Notes: a model not told the origin generated them from the letters alone. Counted from the whole stretch's first letter, positions 50,131-60,773 are shown. The stretch: 60,773 nucleotides of DNA, filler included, from 5 parts of 5 records of this genome joined end to end with filler, not necessarily neighbours in it, one strand, 5' to 3'. Numbers and translations are program-made.

Positions 50131-51177
50131 ATGGTAAACGTTGATTATATAATAGTTGGATGCGGCTTAGCTAGTATAGCTTTTTGCGAACATTTAAGGG
50201 CTAATAACAAATCTTATATAGTATTTGATGATAGCTCGCAGAAGTCTTCTCTCGTTGCCGCAGGATTATATAATCCGGTTATATTAAAACGTTTCACTAA
50301 AGTATGGAAATCTAGGGAACAATTAGAAATCGCTTTACCGGTTTATCAAAAGATTGAAGAAGATCTAAAAATAAAAATAGACCATAAGCTTAAACTTTTG
50401 AGACGATTTGCATCAATTGAAGAGCAAAATATGTGGTTTACAGCTTCGGACAAACCAAATTTAGAACCCTACCTTTCTGCCAAAATACTTAAAAATGATA
50501 ATAAATTTATCAATGCCCCTTTTGGGTATGGTGAAGTATTACATGCTGGACGTTTAGATACTGAAGAGTTGATTAATGGGTATAAAGATTTTCTGCGAGA
50601 AAAAAATAGCCTTATGGAAGCGGGCTTTAATCATGATATTCTAGAAACAAATAGCAACAATGTAACATATCAAAATATAACCGCTAAATATGTTGTATTT
50701 GCGGAAGGCTTTGGAGTAAAGAAAAATCCCTTTTTTAAGTTTATACCGCTAAATGGTACAAAAGGCGAAGTACTCACAATTAAAGCTCCTGACTTAAAAA
50801 TAGATTATGGTGTTAAATCATCTGTATTTATTATTCCAATTGAGGGAGATACCTACTATGTTGGCGCAACCTATAATTGGAAAGACAAAACTCAATTACC
50901 TACAGATGCTGGTAAAGACGAATTAATAACAAAACTTAAGACTTTTATTACTTGTGATTTTGAGGTTGTTAATCATCAGGCAGGCGTTAGGCCAACGGTT
51001 ACCGATAGAAGGCCATTAATTGGTAAACATCCAGAAATAAATAGGCTTTTTGTTATGAATGGTTTAGGGTCTAGAGGTGTAATGATAGCACCTTATGTTG
51101 CTGAAAAATTGTATAATTTTATAGAAAATGGAGAGGTTTTAGATGCTGAAATAAATATAAACCGATTTACTTCTTAA
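50131..51177 (+). CDS. FAD-dependent oxidoreductase (DAO family)
   Basis: IIVGCGLAS, VGATY, AGVRPTV.DRRP, NGLGSRG; TATTTTTG promoter at 50118. Confidence 0.88.
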   Translation: MVNVDYIIVGCGLASIAFCEHLRANNKSYIVFDDSSQKSSLVAAGLYNPVILKRFTKVWKSREQLEIALPVYQKIEEDLKIKIDHKLKLLRRFASIEEQNMWFTASDKPNLEPYLSAKILKNDNKFINAPFGYGEVLHAGRLDTEELINGYKDFLREKNSLMEAGFNHDILETNSNNVTYQNITAKYVVFAEGFGVKKNPFFKFIPLNGTKGEVLTIKAPDLKIDYGVKSSVFIIPIEGDTYYVGATYNWKDKTQLPTDAGKDELITKLKTFITCDFEVVNHQAGVRPTVTDRRPLIGKHPEINRLFVMNGLGSRGVMIAPYVAEKLYNFIENGEVLDAEININRFTS

Positions 51178-51550
51178 CTAACCATTTATCATAACTCATA
51201 AAGAGGTTTATCCAGATATTTCTAGACCATCGCATAATTATAGGCATAAATCCCACTAATGTTAGTACAATAGCTATAAACGCTACCACTAAAGAAGTTT
51301 CAATAAGTAAATAACTTATAACAAAGGCAGCTACAGCAAAAGCAATACCCACAGCATAACTCACATACATTGAGCCATAAAAAAAGGAAGGTTCCATTCT
51401 GTATCTGGTGTTACAATGAGAACACTTGTCATGTATTTTTAGAGTTTCAGATAGAACGTATGGATTCTTGTTTACATACATAGATTCTTGATGGCATTTT
51501 GGGCATGCGCCAAAAAGAATACTATAAAGTTTCATTCCTTTTCTAATCAT
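51167..51550 (-). CDS. DUF983 family membrane protein
   Basis: CPKC, CSHC, EPSFFYGSMYVSY. Confidence 0.85.
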   Translation of the reverse strand: MIRKGMKLYSILFGACPKCHQESMYVNKNPYVLSETLKIHDKCSHCNTRYRMEPSFFYGSMYVSYAVGIAFAVAAFVISYLLIETSLVVAFIAIVLTLVGFMPIIMRWSRNIWINLFMSYDKWLVKK

Positions 51551-51662
51551 AGTTAAAAACTGTTACTTTTGCATTTTTTAGAATAGTGCAAAGATAAATG
51601 ATAATTGCTCTTATTCTGTAACAATTGTAACGTTTGTAGCAATTGTAATATTCGTTTTAACT

Positions 51663-53573
51663 ATGTTGAATATTCATAATCTTTCTATTTCCTTTCAAGG
51701 TGAATACCTATTTGAAGAAATTACTTTTAAGCTTGGTTTAGGTGATCGTATTGGCCTTATCGGTAAGAACGGAGCTGGCAAATCTACAATGCTTAGAATT
51801 CTATCCAAAGAACAAGAACCAGATACAGGACAGATAGCTGCAGACAAAGACTTAAAAATAGGTTTTTTAAAACAGGATATTGATTTCGATTTTGGGAAAA
51901 CCGTTTTGGAAGAATCTTACGAAGCATTTAAAGAAATAAAAGCATGTGAGGCTAAACTCGAAGATATAAATACACAATTAGCTGAGAGGACTGACTACGA
52001 GAGTGAAGCTTACCATCAACTGATGGTAGATTTAAATGAAGTTCAACATCAATACGAAATATTAGGCGGTTATAATTACCAAGGTGATACTGAAAAAATA
52101 CTACAAGGCCTTGGTTTTAAACGTGAAGATTTTAATAAACTCACCGATACGTTTTCTGGTGGTTGGAGAATGCGAATAGAACTTGCTAAATTATTATTGC
52201 AAAACAATGATTTACTGTTACTTGATGAGCCAACAAACCACCTAGATATCGAATCTATCATATGGTTAGAGAGCTTTTTAAAAAATTACAATGGTGCTGT
52301 GGTCATTGTCTCGCACGATAAAATGTTTTTAGATAATGTAACCAACCGCACCATTGAGATATCTCTTGGTCGTATTTATGATTATAACAAGCCTTATACA
52401 AAGTTTTTAGAGCTGAGAAAAGAGATGAAGATTCAGCAGTTGGCGGCTCAAAAAAATCAAGAGAAACAAATACAGCAAACCGAGAAACTCATTGAAAAAT
52501 TTAGAGCCAAGGCTTCAAAGGCTACAATGGCACAATCTCTAATTAAAAAATTAGATAGGATTGATAGAATTGAAGTAGATGAGGATGATAATAGTGTGAT
52601 GACTCTAAATTTCCCAGTATCTATTACACCAGGAAAAGTCGTAGTGGAGCTAGAAAATGTTTCTAAAAATTATGATGATTTAAACGTGCTAAGTAACGTA
52701 AATTTAGCTATAGCTCGAGATACCAAAACTGCATTTGTCGGTCAGAATGGACAGGGTAAATCTACCTTAGCTAAAATTATTGTTGGTGAGATAGAGCATA
52801 ATGGAAAGGTTAACTTAGGACATAATGTACAAATCGGCTATTTCGCACAAAATCAAGCGGAATATTTAGATGGAAACAAAACCGTATTAGACACTATGAT
52901 TGATGCGGCGAACGAATCTAATAGAAGTAAGGTTAGAGACATTTTAGGCTCATTTTTATTCAGAGGTGACGAAGTGGAAAAGTATGTAAAGGTGCTTTCT
53001 GGTGGTGAGAGAAATAGATTGGCGCTTGCAAAATTATTATTACAGCCACTGAATGTTCTAATAATGGATGAGCCCACAAATCACTTAGACATTAAATCTA
53101 AAAATGTACTTAAAGATGCACTAAAAAAGTTTGAAGGAACTTTAATTTTAGTCTCTCACGATAGGGATTTTCTTCAAGGATTAACAGATACAGTTTACGA
53201 ATTTAAAGATCAAAATATAAAGGAATATCTCGGTGATATTGATTATTACTTAGAACAACGTAATCTTCAAAATCTAAGAGAGGCAGAACGAAGAACAATT
53301 ATTACTCAACAACCGAAAGAAAGTAATAAGCAGAGCTACGAAGATCAAAAAAAACTGAAATCCTTAAACAATAAACTAAGTAATATTGAGTCTAAAATTA
53401 ATGACTTAGAAAAAAGTATAAAAGAGGATGATGTGAAATTGGCCACAGACTATGATAATACGGCTTCAGACCCATCATTTTTTGATCAATACCAGACAAA
53501 AAAGTCTGATTTAGAGCAATTAATGGAAGATTGGGAAGCAATTCAAGAGCAGTTAGATTCCTTTAACAATTAA
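51663..53573 (+). CDS. ABC-F family ATPase (YheS-like)
   Basis: Two NBDs; FSGGWRMR; DEPTNHLD twice. Confidence 0.93.
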   Translation: MLNIHNLSISFQGEYLFEEITFKLGLGDRIGLIGKNGAGKSTMLRILSKEQEPDTGQIAADKDLKIGFLKQDIDFDFGKTVLEESYEAFKEIKACEAKLEDINTQLAERTDYESEAYHQLMVDLNEVQHQYEILGGYNYQGDTEKILQGLGFKREDFNKLTDTFSGGWRMRIELAKLLLQNNDLLLLDEPTNHLDIESIIWLESFLKNYNGAVVIVSHDKMFLDNVTNRTIEISLGRIYDYNKPYTKFLELRKEMKIQQLAAQKNQEKQIQQTEKLIEKFRAKASKATMAQSLIKKLDRIDRIEVDEDDNSVMTLNFPVSITPGKVVVELENVSKNYDDLNVLSNVNLAIARDTKTAFVGQNGQGKSTLAKIIVGEIEHNGKVNLGHNVQIGYFAQNQAEYLDGNKTVLDTMIDAANESNRSKVRDILGSFLFRGDEVEKYVKVLSGGERNRLALAKLLLQPLNVLIMDEPTNHLDIKSKNVLKDALKKFEGTLILVSHDRDFLQGLTDTVYEFKDQNIKEYLGDIDYYLEQRNLQNLREAERRTIITQQPKESNKQSYEDQKKLKSLNNKLSNIESKINDLEKSIKEDDVKLATDYDNTASDPSFFDQYQTKKSDLEQLMEDWEAIQEQLDSFNN

Positions 53574-53634
53574 GATTATTTTAACGTCATAGCATACTGA
53601 TATAGGTAAATTTGCATCTTAAACAACCATCAGC

Positions 53635-54798
53635 ATGCGTAATACTATACTTTCTATATTGGGAGTTCTCCTAATAGTTGGTGCCTATTTTGGAGGTAAA
53701 TATATCATTGATAGTAAAAAGAAAAGACGACCAACGCCTCAAAAGGTTATAAAAACTGTTTTTACTGATACTGTAGAGAATAGCACAGTTCAAATTATTA
53801 TTCCAGCAAACGGGAGCTTGGTAGCAAAAAGAAGAGTAGAACTTTACTCTGAGGTGCAGGGAATATTTAAAAAAGGAAGCAAGCTTTTTAAACCTGGACA
53901 ACTTTTTAGAAATGGAGAAACTTTAATTCGTATTGATGCTTCCGAATATTATGCTAGCGTTCAATCTGCAAAGAGTAATCTTTATAATTCAATAGCTGCA
54001 ATAATGCCAGATTTACTACTGGATTTTCCGGAAGTATTCAAAAAGTGGCAAGGATACCTCAATAATTTCGATTTAAGCAAGACAACACCTAAGCTACCGG
54101 AGATGACTTCAGAAAAAGAGAATTATTTCATTACCGGACGTGGAATTGTTTCTAGTTACTACAATGTTAAAAATCTTGAACAAAGACTTACTAAGTATAC
54201 GATTAGAGCACCTTTTTCGGGAATTTTAACAGAAGCCTTGGTAACTGAAGGATCTCTAATAAGAAATGGGCAAAAATTAGGTGAGTTTATAGATCCTACT
54301 GTTTTTGAAATGGAGGTTGCTTTAAGTAAAACCTACGCGAGTTTATTAAAAGTAGGTGAAAATGTAGATCTAAGCAATATAGATAAAACCGAATCATATA
54401 CAGGTGTAGTGTCAAGGGTTAATGGTAGTATAGACGCGACAACGCAGACTGTAACGGCTTATGTGGAGGTAAGAAATGCAGATTTAAAAGAAGGCATGTA
54501 TTTAGAGGCGCAATTAAATGCTAAAAAAGAGACAGATGCTATTGAGATTAATAGAAATTTAATGTTAGATGGAGAGCAAGTCTTCGTTGTTAGAGATAGT
54601 GTATTAGATGTCATCGATGTAGAACCAGTATACTTTTCAGATACTAAAGTAGTTGTAAAAAGTATTCCTAATGGTACTGTTTTGTTATCTAAACCAGTAC
54701 CAGGTGCATATGCAGGTATGTTAGTAAAACCTTATGGTATATCAGCTGATATAGAAGGTGAGCAGACAGATAGTTCAGAGTCTAAAAAAGCAGAGTAA
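53635..54798 (+). CDS. RND efflux periplasmic adaptor
   Basis: N-terminal anchor; IRAPFSG; biotinyl-lipoyl-like segments. Confidence 0.9.
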   Translation: MRNTILSILGVLLIVGAYFGGKYIIDSKKKRRPTPQKVIKTVFTDTVENSTVQIIIPANGSLVAKRRVELYSEVQGIFKKGSKLFKPGQLFRNGETLIRIDASEYYASVQSAKSNLYNSIAAIMPDLLLDFPEVFKKWQGYLNNFDLSKTTPKLPEMTSEKENYFITGRGIVSSYYNVKNLEQRLTKYTIRAPFSGILTEALVTEGSLIRNGQKLGEFIDPTVFEMEVALSKTYASLLKVGENVDLSNIDKTESYTGVVSRVNGSIDATTQTVTAYVEVRNADLKEGMYLEAQLNAKKETDAIEINRNLMLDGEQVFVVRDSVLDVIDVEPVYFSDTKVVVKSIPNGTVLLSKPVPGAYAGMLVKPYGISADIEGEQTDSSESKKAE

Positions 54799-57700
54799 AT
54801 GAGACCATTAATAGCTTACTTTATAAGGCATAGTGTCGCCGTTAACGTGCTTATATTAGCATTTTTAATATTTGGATTTTTTGGAGCATCAAACTTAAAA
54901 TCATCCTTTTTTCCTTTAGTAGATTCAAAAAACATTAGCATAAATGTTACCTATCCTGGCGCATCTCCTCAAGAAGTAGAAGAAGGTATAGTTCTTAAAA
55001 TTGAAGATAATTTAAAAGGCTTAGATGGTGTTGAACGTGTAACATCAACTTCACGCGAGAATAGTGGAAATATAAATGTAGAAATTGAGAAGGGAAAAGA
55101 CATAGACTTTATGCTTCTTGAAGTTAAAAATGCTGTAGATCGCGTACCATCATTTCCGGTTGGTATGGAGCCCTTAATTGTTGCTAAGCAAGAAGCATTA
55201 AGACCGACTATTACATTTGCTATTAGTGGATCTAAAATTCCTTTAGCAACATTAAAACAAATCGGTAGACAAGTTGAAAATGATTTAAGAGGTATCGATG
55301 GTATTTCTCAAATTCAAATTTCTGGTTATCCTGAAGAAGAAATTGAAATTGCTGTTAACGAGACTAATTTATTAGCCTATGACTTAACCTTCGCTGAAGT
55401 GGCACAGGCCATAAATCAAGCAAGTTTAATTACCACTGGTGGTACAATTAAAACCGATGCGGAGGAATATTTAATTAGAGCAAATAATAGATCCTATTAT
55501 GCAGATGAGTTGTCTAACTTGGTTGTAAAGTCGGATCCTTCTGGACGAAAAATTCAGCTTAAAGATATTGCTACAGTTAGAGATCAATTTTCGGAAACAC
55601 CAAACGCCAATTATTTTGATGGAGATCTTTCTATTAATATTACTATAACAAGTACTAATACGGAAGATTTAATTACATCAGCAGATAAAACAAAAGCATA
55701 CATAGAGGAGTTCAATCAAAAGTATGATAATGTACAATTAAATGTTGTGAGAGATTTATCTACAACATTAGTACAACGCACCGAATTATTAACTGAAAAT
55801 GCAATTATAGGAATGGTATTAGTTTTAACATTTCTGTCGCTATTTTTAAACACACGCTTAGCGTTTTGGGTAGCTTTTGGATTACCAATTGCATTTTTAG
55901 GTATGTTTATTTTTGCAGGCTATTTTAACGTTACCATTAATGTATTATCACTATTCGGTATGATTATCGTTATTGGTATTTTAGTAGATGACGGAATAGT
56001 AATCGCCGAAAATATTTATCAGCAATATGAAAAAGGTAAATCTCCAGAAGAAGCTGCTATAGATGGAGTTATGGAGGTTTTGCCGGCTATTGTGTCTGCT
56101 ATTTTAACTACAATTTTAGCATTTGGTATTTTCTTGTTTTTAGATGGTAGAATTGGTGAATTTTTTGGAGAGGTATCTGTTATTGTAATATTAACCTTAA
56201 CGGTGTCTTTGGTAGAAGCTCTAATTATTTTACCTGCGCATTTAGCTCATTCTAAGGCCTTAAGAGCTCAGAATAATGAGCCTAAGGAAGGGTTGGCTGG
56301 TGTATTTCAGCGTGTTTTTTCAAAATTACGCTATATCAATACATTTGGTGACAAAATAATGAGATGGTCTAGAGATAAAATGTATAGTCCTACCTTAAAA
56401 TTTGCCTTAAAACATAAATTCTTAACCTTTTCATTTTTTGTAGTTTTTTTCATTTTAACCAATGCAAGTTTTCAAGGTGGTATAATTAGAGGAGCGTTTT
56501 TTCCTAGAATTGCTAGTGATAGAATAGATATAACGCTAAATATGCCAAATGGTACGAATGAAAAAGTAACCGATAGTATTATATCATTTATTGAGGCTAA
56601 AGCAATTGAAGTTACACGCGAAATTAATGATGAATATTTAGGCAATGATTCTGACAAGTATTTGGTTGAAAATATGATTAAGAATATTGGACCAGGTTCT
56701 TCCACGGCATCGTTAGTCATCAACTTGCTTCCAGGAGAAGAAAGACCGAATGAGATAACATCAGATTTAGTTTCAAACAGAATAAAAGATAGAGTTGGTC
56801 CAGTGTTTGGTGTAGAAAGTTTAGTCTATGGTGGTGGTGGTAATTTTGGCGGATTACCAGTTTCTGTTTCGTTATTAGGTAATAATATAGAAGAATTAAA
56901 GGCTGTTAAATCTGAATTGAAACAGAATCTAGAAAACAATATATTATTAAAAGATGTAACAGATAATGACCCAGCTGGAATAAAAGAAATTCGATTAAAA
57001 TTAAATGAAACAGCATATGCTCTAGGTCTAGATTTGCGCACTGTGATGACTCAAGTAAGATCAGCATTTTTTGGAAATCAGGCACAAAGATTTCAAAGAG
57101 GGCAAGATGAGATTAGAGTTTGGGTGAGATATAACAGAGAGAATAGATCTTCTATTAATAACCTTGATAATATGCGTATTGTTGCAGCAACCGGCCAACG
57201 TATACCTTTAAAAGAAATTGCTACTTATACTATTGAGCGCGGTGATGTGGCTGTTAATCACTTAGAGGGTAGAAGAGAAATTCAAGTTTCTGCTGATATT
57301 AAGGATACAAAAAAGACCAGCGCAACTGATATTATGGCTGAAATCAGAGATGAGATAATGCCAGAAATATTATCAAGATATCCAACTGTTACGCCTTCTT
57401 ACGAAGGACAGAATAGAGAGCGAGTTAAATTAATGAATTCACTTGCACCTGTAGGATTGACGGTTCTTTTATTAATTTACATTGTTATAGCATTTACCTT
57501 TAGAAGTTACAGTCAACCATTATTATTATTATTACTAATCCCTTTTAGTCTTCCTGCAGTAGCTTGGGGACATTGGATTCATGATTTTCCTGTAAATATT
57601 TTATCAATGCTTGGTATAATAGCCTTAATTGGTATTATGGTAAATGATGGATTAGTACTTATTAGTAAATTTAATATCAATCTTAGAACAGGTATGACTT

Positions 57701-58068
57701 TTGACGATGCACTTTACGAAGCAGGTCGTTCGAGATTTAGAGCAATATTCTTAACATCCTTAACAACTGTAGCAGGTTTAGCGCCACTAATTTTTGAAAA
57801 AAGTAGACAAGCTCAGTTTTTAATCCCAATGGCCGTCTCCATTGCATATGGTATCGCATTCGCCACGCTATTAACCTTAATTGTTTTGCCAATTTTCTTA
57901 TCCTTTAGTAACTCAGTTAAGAAAAACGCGAAATGGTTATGGACAAATAAAGAGGTAACTAAAGAAGAAGTAGAGCGTGCTATCAAAGAAAGAAAAGAAG
58001 ACGATGAGTTAGATAATCTCAGGATTAAAGGAAATACTAATAACTTGATTTCAGCAAAAAATGAATAG
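54799..58068 (+). CDS. RND efflux permease
   Basis: YPGASPQEVE, GILVDDGIVIAEN, RFRAIFLTSLTT. Confidence 0.95.
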   Translation: MRPLIAYFIRHSVAVNVLILAFLIFGFFGASNLKSSFFPLVDSKNISINVTYPGASPQEVEEGIVLKIEDNLKGLDGVERVTSTSRENSGNINVEIEKGKDIDFMLLEVKNAVDRVPSFPVGMEPLIVAKQEALRPTITFAISGSKIPLATLKQIGRQVENDLRGIDGISQIQISGYPEEEIEIAVNETNLLAYDLTFAEVAQAINQASLITTGGTIKTDAEEYLIRANNRSYYADELSNLVVKSDPSGRKIQLKDIATVRDQFSETPNANYFDGDLSINITITSTNTEDLITSADKTKAYIEEFNQKYDNVQLNVVRDLSTTLVQRTELLTENAIIGMVLVLTFLSLFLNTRLAFWVAFGLPIAFLGMFIFAGYFNVTINVLSLFGMIIVIGILVDDGIVIAENIYQQYEKGKSPEEAAIDGVMEVLPAIVSAILTTILAFGIFLFLDGRIGEFFGEVSVIVILTLTVSLVEALIILPAHLAHSKALRAQNNEPKEGLAGVFQRVFSKLRYINTFGDKIMRWSRDKMYSPTLKFALKHKFLTFSFFVVFFILTNASFQGGIIRGAFFPRIASDRIDITLNMPNGTNEKVTDSIISFIEAKAIEVTREINDEYLGNDSDKYLVENMIKNIGPGSSTASLVINLLPGEERPNEITSDLVSNRIKDRVGPVFGVESLVYGGGGNFGGLPVSVSLLGNNIEELKAVKSELKQNLENNILLKDVTDNDPAGIKEIRLKLNETAYALGLDLRTVMTQVRSAFFGNQAQRFQRGQDEIRVWVRYNRENRSSINNLDNMRIVAATGQRIPLKEIATYTIERGDVAVNHLEGRREIQVSADIKDTKKTSATDIMAEIRDEIMPEILSRYPTVTPSYEGQNRERVKLMNSLAPVGLTVLLLIYIVIAFTFRSYSQPLLLLLLIPFSLPAVAWGHWIHDFPVNILSMLGIIALIGIMVNDGLVLISKFNINLRTGMTFDDALYEAGRSRFRAIFLTSLTTVAGLAPLIFEKSRQAQFLIPMAVSIAYGIAFATLLTLIVLPIFLSFSNSVKKNAKWLWTNKEVTKEEVERAIKERKEDDELDNLRIKGNTNNLISAKNE

Positions 58069-59386
58069 AAAGTATTTAAAAATAATCCTCTTAGTTTTAT
58101 TTGTATGCTTGTCATATAATGGTTTTTCACAAGTGATAGTGAAAACAAATGAAGCTGTAGAATTAGCCTTAAACCATAACTATGGTATTAAGATCGCTAA
58201 AAATAATTTGGAAGTTGCAGAGAATAATAAAGGTATTTTAAATTCAGGGTACCTTCCTACAGTTACAGGTAATGCTGGTGCAACTTACAATTTAGATAAC
58301 ACTGAAGCCCAGTTTTCTAACGGAGAATCTACAACTTTAAATGGTGCTGAAAGCTCAAGATATAGTGCTAGTATTAATTTAAATTATACTCTTTTTGATG
58401 GTTTAGGGCGCTACTATGATTACAAACGTTTAAAGGAAGAATATAATCTCAGTGATTTACAGGCCAGAGAAACCATTGAGAACACAATCACTCAATTACT
58501 TATTGTCTACTACGACGTAGCGCGACGTTCTGAGAATTTAAGATCTTTGAAAGAAACATTAGAAATTTCAAAAGATAGACTCATAAGATCCGAATATCAA
58601 TTTGAATATGGACAGAATACAAAACTAGATGTTCTAAATGCAGAAGTGGATATAAATAATGACTCCATAAATATTATTAATGTTAAGCAGAGTTTAATTA
58701 ATGCTAAGCGCGATTTAAATTTCGTAACAGGTAATACGATTATTAAAGAGTTTGAAGTAGATACTTCTGTGACCTTTCTTTTGCAATTAAATAAAGCTGA
58801 TCTTTTGAGTAGCCTAAAAGATAATAATGTTACGTTAATTCAAAATGAAAAAAATATTACAATTAATGAATTTACCGTAAAGGCTAATAAATCTGGGTAT
58901 CTACCAACAATTGGATTAAGTGGTACTTATGGTTGGAATGAAAATAACAATAATGCGGCATCCTTTGTTGCAGTATTAACTAATACAGGCTTATCTGCTG
59001 GCTTAAATTTGAGCTGGAATTTATTTGATGGTGGAGGCACAATTACCAGAGTAAAAAATGCTCAAATCAATCTTGAAAATCAAAAACTACTAAAAGAACA
59101 ACTTATATTAGATGTAGAGCGTAATTTTAATAATGCCTGGGATGACTACCAAAACAAATTAAAAATATTTCAGGTACAAGAAGAAAATATAAAAACTGCT
59201 AAAAATAACTTTACCAGAACTCAGGAAAAATTTAAACTTGGTCAGGTGACGTCAATTGAATTTAGACAAGCACAGCTTAATTTACTAACTGCAGAGTTAA
59301 GTAGAAACCAGGCAAAATATGATGCAAAACTAGCTGAAGTCTTACTACTTCAAATTAGCGGACAGCTATTAAATGTAGAATTATAA
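58061..59386 (+). CDS. TolC family outer-membrane factor
   Basis: LNYTLFDG and LSWNLFDG repeats; operonic with the RND genes. Confidence 0.92.
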   Translation: MNRKYLKIILLVLFVCLSYNGFSQVIVKTNEAVELALNHNYGIKIAKNNLEVAENNKGILNSGYLPTVTGNAGATYNLDNTEAQFSNGESTTLNGAESSRYSASINLNYTLFDGLGRYYDYKRLKEEYNLSDLQARETIENTITQLLIVYYDVARRSENLRSLKETLEISKDRLIRSEYQFEYGQNTKLDVLNAEVDINNDSINIINVKQSLINAKRDLNFVTGNTIIKEFEVDTSVTFLLQLNKADLLSSLKDNNVTLIQNEKNITINEFTVKANKSGYLPTIGLSGTYGWNENNNNAASFVAVLTNTGLSAGLNLSWNLFDGGGTITRVKNAQINLENQKLLKEQLILDVERNFNNAWDDYQNKLKIFQVQEENIKTAKNNFTRTQEKFKLGQVTSIEFRQAQLNLLTAELSRNQAKYDAKLAEVLLLQISGQLLNVEL

Positions 59387-59396
59387 AACCTTTTTT

Positions 59397-59579
59397 ATGG
59401 AAGAATATTTCTTTCAATGTCCATACTGTTGGGAGCAAATTTCAATGCTTGTAGATACCTCTCAAAATCATCAAAATTACATTGAAGATTGTGAGATTTG
59501 CTGTAATCCTATTCAGTTAACAGTAGCTTCTGAAAATCAGGAAATTAGCTATTTTCAAGCAGAAAGTATAGAACAATGA
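59397..59579 (+). CDS. CPXCG-motif cysteine-rich small protein
   Basis: CPYCWE...YIEDCEICCNPI. Confidence 0.88.
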   Translation: MEEYFFQCPYCWEQISMLVDTSQNHQNYIEDCEICCNPIQLTVASENQEISYFQAESIEQ

Positions 59580-59711
59580 TATTTTTTAAACACCTGATAG
59601 TTAAATAGTTAAAAAATTAAATTATGCAGTTCATCGAAAAAAGTTGCAGTTAATAGCAATAGCTTATATATTGCTCTTCGTTAATGTGCCCCTCCACAGA
59701 AATCCGCTATC

Positions 59712-60554
59712 ATGAAAACTATAAAACTAACACTGCTATGTTGTTTGCTATCTGCATTTACATTTGCAAACGTTTCACAAAATCAAAAAGACGCCTTAGT
59801 CGCAATTTACAATGCAACTAAGGGTGATTCATGGAATAATTCATGGGATTTAGATCAACCAGTTTCTAACTGGCATGGTTTAACTATAGAGAATGATAAT
59901 GTTGTAGCTATTAATTTAAGCTTCAATAATCTAACAGGTAATCTACCTGAAGATATTTCTGCCTTGACTGAGTTGAAAGTTTTAAACCTATCATTCAATA
60001 AAATTGAAGGTGAATTACCTAAAACTTTAACTACACTTATTAACTTAGAAGAATTAAAATTATTCTCTAATAAGTTTGGTGGCGGAATCCCTAATAATAT
60101 TGGTGATTTAACAAATTTAAGGTCTTTAGAACTTTATAATAATAGTTTCTTCGGTGAAATTCCTAGTTCAATTGGGAGCTTAGAAAATTTAGAATATCTT
60201 ATTTTAAGTAGTAACTCATTAATGGGTAAATTACCATCTACTATCTCTAATTTAAAAAACTTAAAAGTATTGAGTTTATTTGATAATAGTTTATTAGGAA
60301 CTATTCCTGCTTCTATTGGCGAATTAACCAATTTAGAAGAACTAGTATTATCAAATAATGCTTTCTATGGAAACTTACCAGGTGAGTTAGCGCAGTTAAC
60401 AAACCTAAGAACATTATTATTAAGTAACAACGCATTCAAAGGAAACTATGCAATGCTAAAAGATAAATTTCCGAATATCGTAGATTTTGATTTGGATGAA
60501 GCTAATATGAAGGGTGCATTAGCAACTTTAGATTCAGAAGACCATGACGATTAA
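59712..60554 (+). CDS. Secreted leucine-rich-repeat protein with plant-type 24-aa LRRs
   Basis: Signal peptide; ALVAIYNAT.G..W..SW cap; LxxLxLxxNxxxGxIP repeats. Confidence 0.9.
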   Translation: MKTIKLTLLCCLLSAFTFANVSQNQKDALVAIYNATKGDSWNNSWDLDQPVSNWHGLTIENDNVVAINLSFNNLTGNLPEDISALTELKVLNLSFNKIEGELPKTLTTLINLEELKLFSNKFGGGIPNNIGDLTNLRSLELYNNSFFGEIPSSIGSLENLEYLILSSNSLMGKLPSTISNLKNLKVLSLFDNSLLGTIPASIGELTNLEELVLSNNAFYGNLPGELAQLTNLRTLLLSNNAFKGNYAMLKDKFPNIVDFDLDEANMKGALATLDSEDHDD

Positions 60555-60582
60555 TTTAATACGGTTTTAATTATTATTGATT

Positions 60583-60618
60583 AATAGCGCTTAGTAAAAA
60601 TCTAAGCGTTATTTTTTT
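60583..60618 (+). terminator. Intrinsic terminator
   Basis: AATAGCGCTTAG-loop-CTAAGCGTTATTTTTTT. Confidence 0.8.
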
Positions 60619-60726
60619 GTTTTAAAACTTGCTAAAATTAAAAAGCGTTGTATATTTGCAATCCAATATTTCTGTCGGCATTATGAGTCGAAAGTTAAAA
60701 GCTAAGTGAAATAGGGGAACTTAAAT

Positions 60727-60773
60727 CGCGGGATAGAGCAGTAGGTAGCTCGTCGGGCTCATAACCCGAAGGT
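60727..60773 (+). tRNA. Initiator tRNA-Met(CAT), 3' truncated by the window end
   Basis: CGCGGGATAGAGCAG..GGTAGCTCG TCGGG CTCATAA CCCGA with the GGG/CCC initiator anticodon stem; TATATTTG promoter at 60651. Confidence 0.93.

Overview
The window is a concatenation of five unrelated contigs joined by 100-nt N spacers that each contain TTAATTAATTAA, an artificial stop-in-all-frames linker. Contig 1 (1-5214) is high-GC and Rhodobacteraceae-like: start of an iron-uptake-type operon, XRE-cupin regulator, fasciclin, msrB, VPLPA-CTERM protein, J-domain protein, bolA and DUF4177. Contig 2 (5315-11282) is mid-GC and of uncertain taxonomy: fmt, GDPD, a ~1 kb repeat-structured non-coding region, a small beta-barrel, gcvT and a thioredoxin-like protein. 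Contig 3 (11383-26138) is Cyclobacteriaceae/Algoriphagus-like: a secreted six-Cys peptide with a beta-propeller lipoprotein, ABC-F, a REP-like cluster, TonB-dependent receptor, GH29 fucosidase, sulfatase, a GMC oxidoreductase pair, bshA and a fatty-acid hydroxylase. Contig 4 (26239-33392) is a high-GC alphaproteobacterial catabolic operon: creatininase-like, peptide ABC ATPase, RraA-like, GGT-like, N-formylglutamate amidohydrolase, MalY/PatB, Ohr-like and MFS. Contig 5 (33493-60773) is Flavobacteriaceae core genome: groESL, secG, lptE, sigma54 activator, miaB, topA, gldKLMN, ABC-F, RND efflux, an LRR protein and tRNA-fMet. The best leads are (i) the secreted C-C-CC-C-C peptide paired with a propeller lipoprotein, (ii) the catabolic operon whose RraA, GGT and Ohr members carry atypical active-site motifs, (iii) the inverted-repeat-bounded non-coding element family in contig 2, and (iv) a candidate anti-SD sRNA in contig 1. 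All product and taxonomy calls come from motif recognition by eye; no database search was run.
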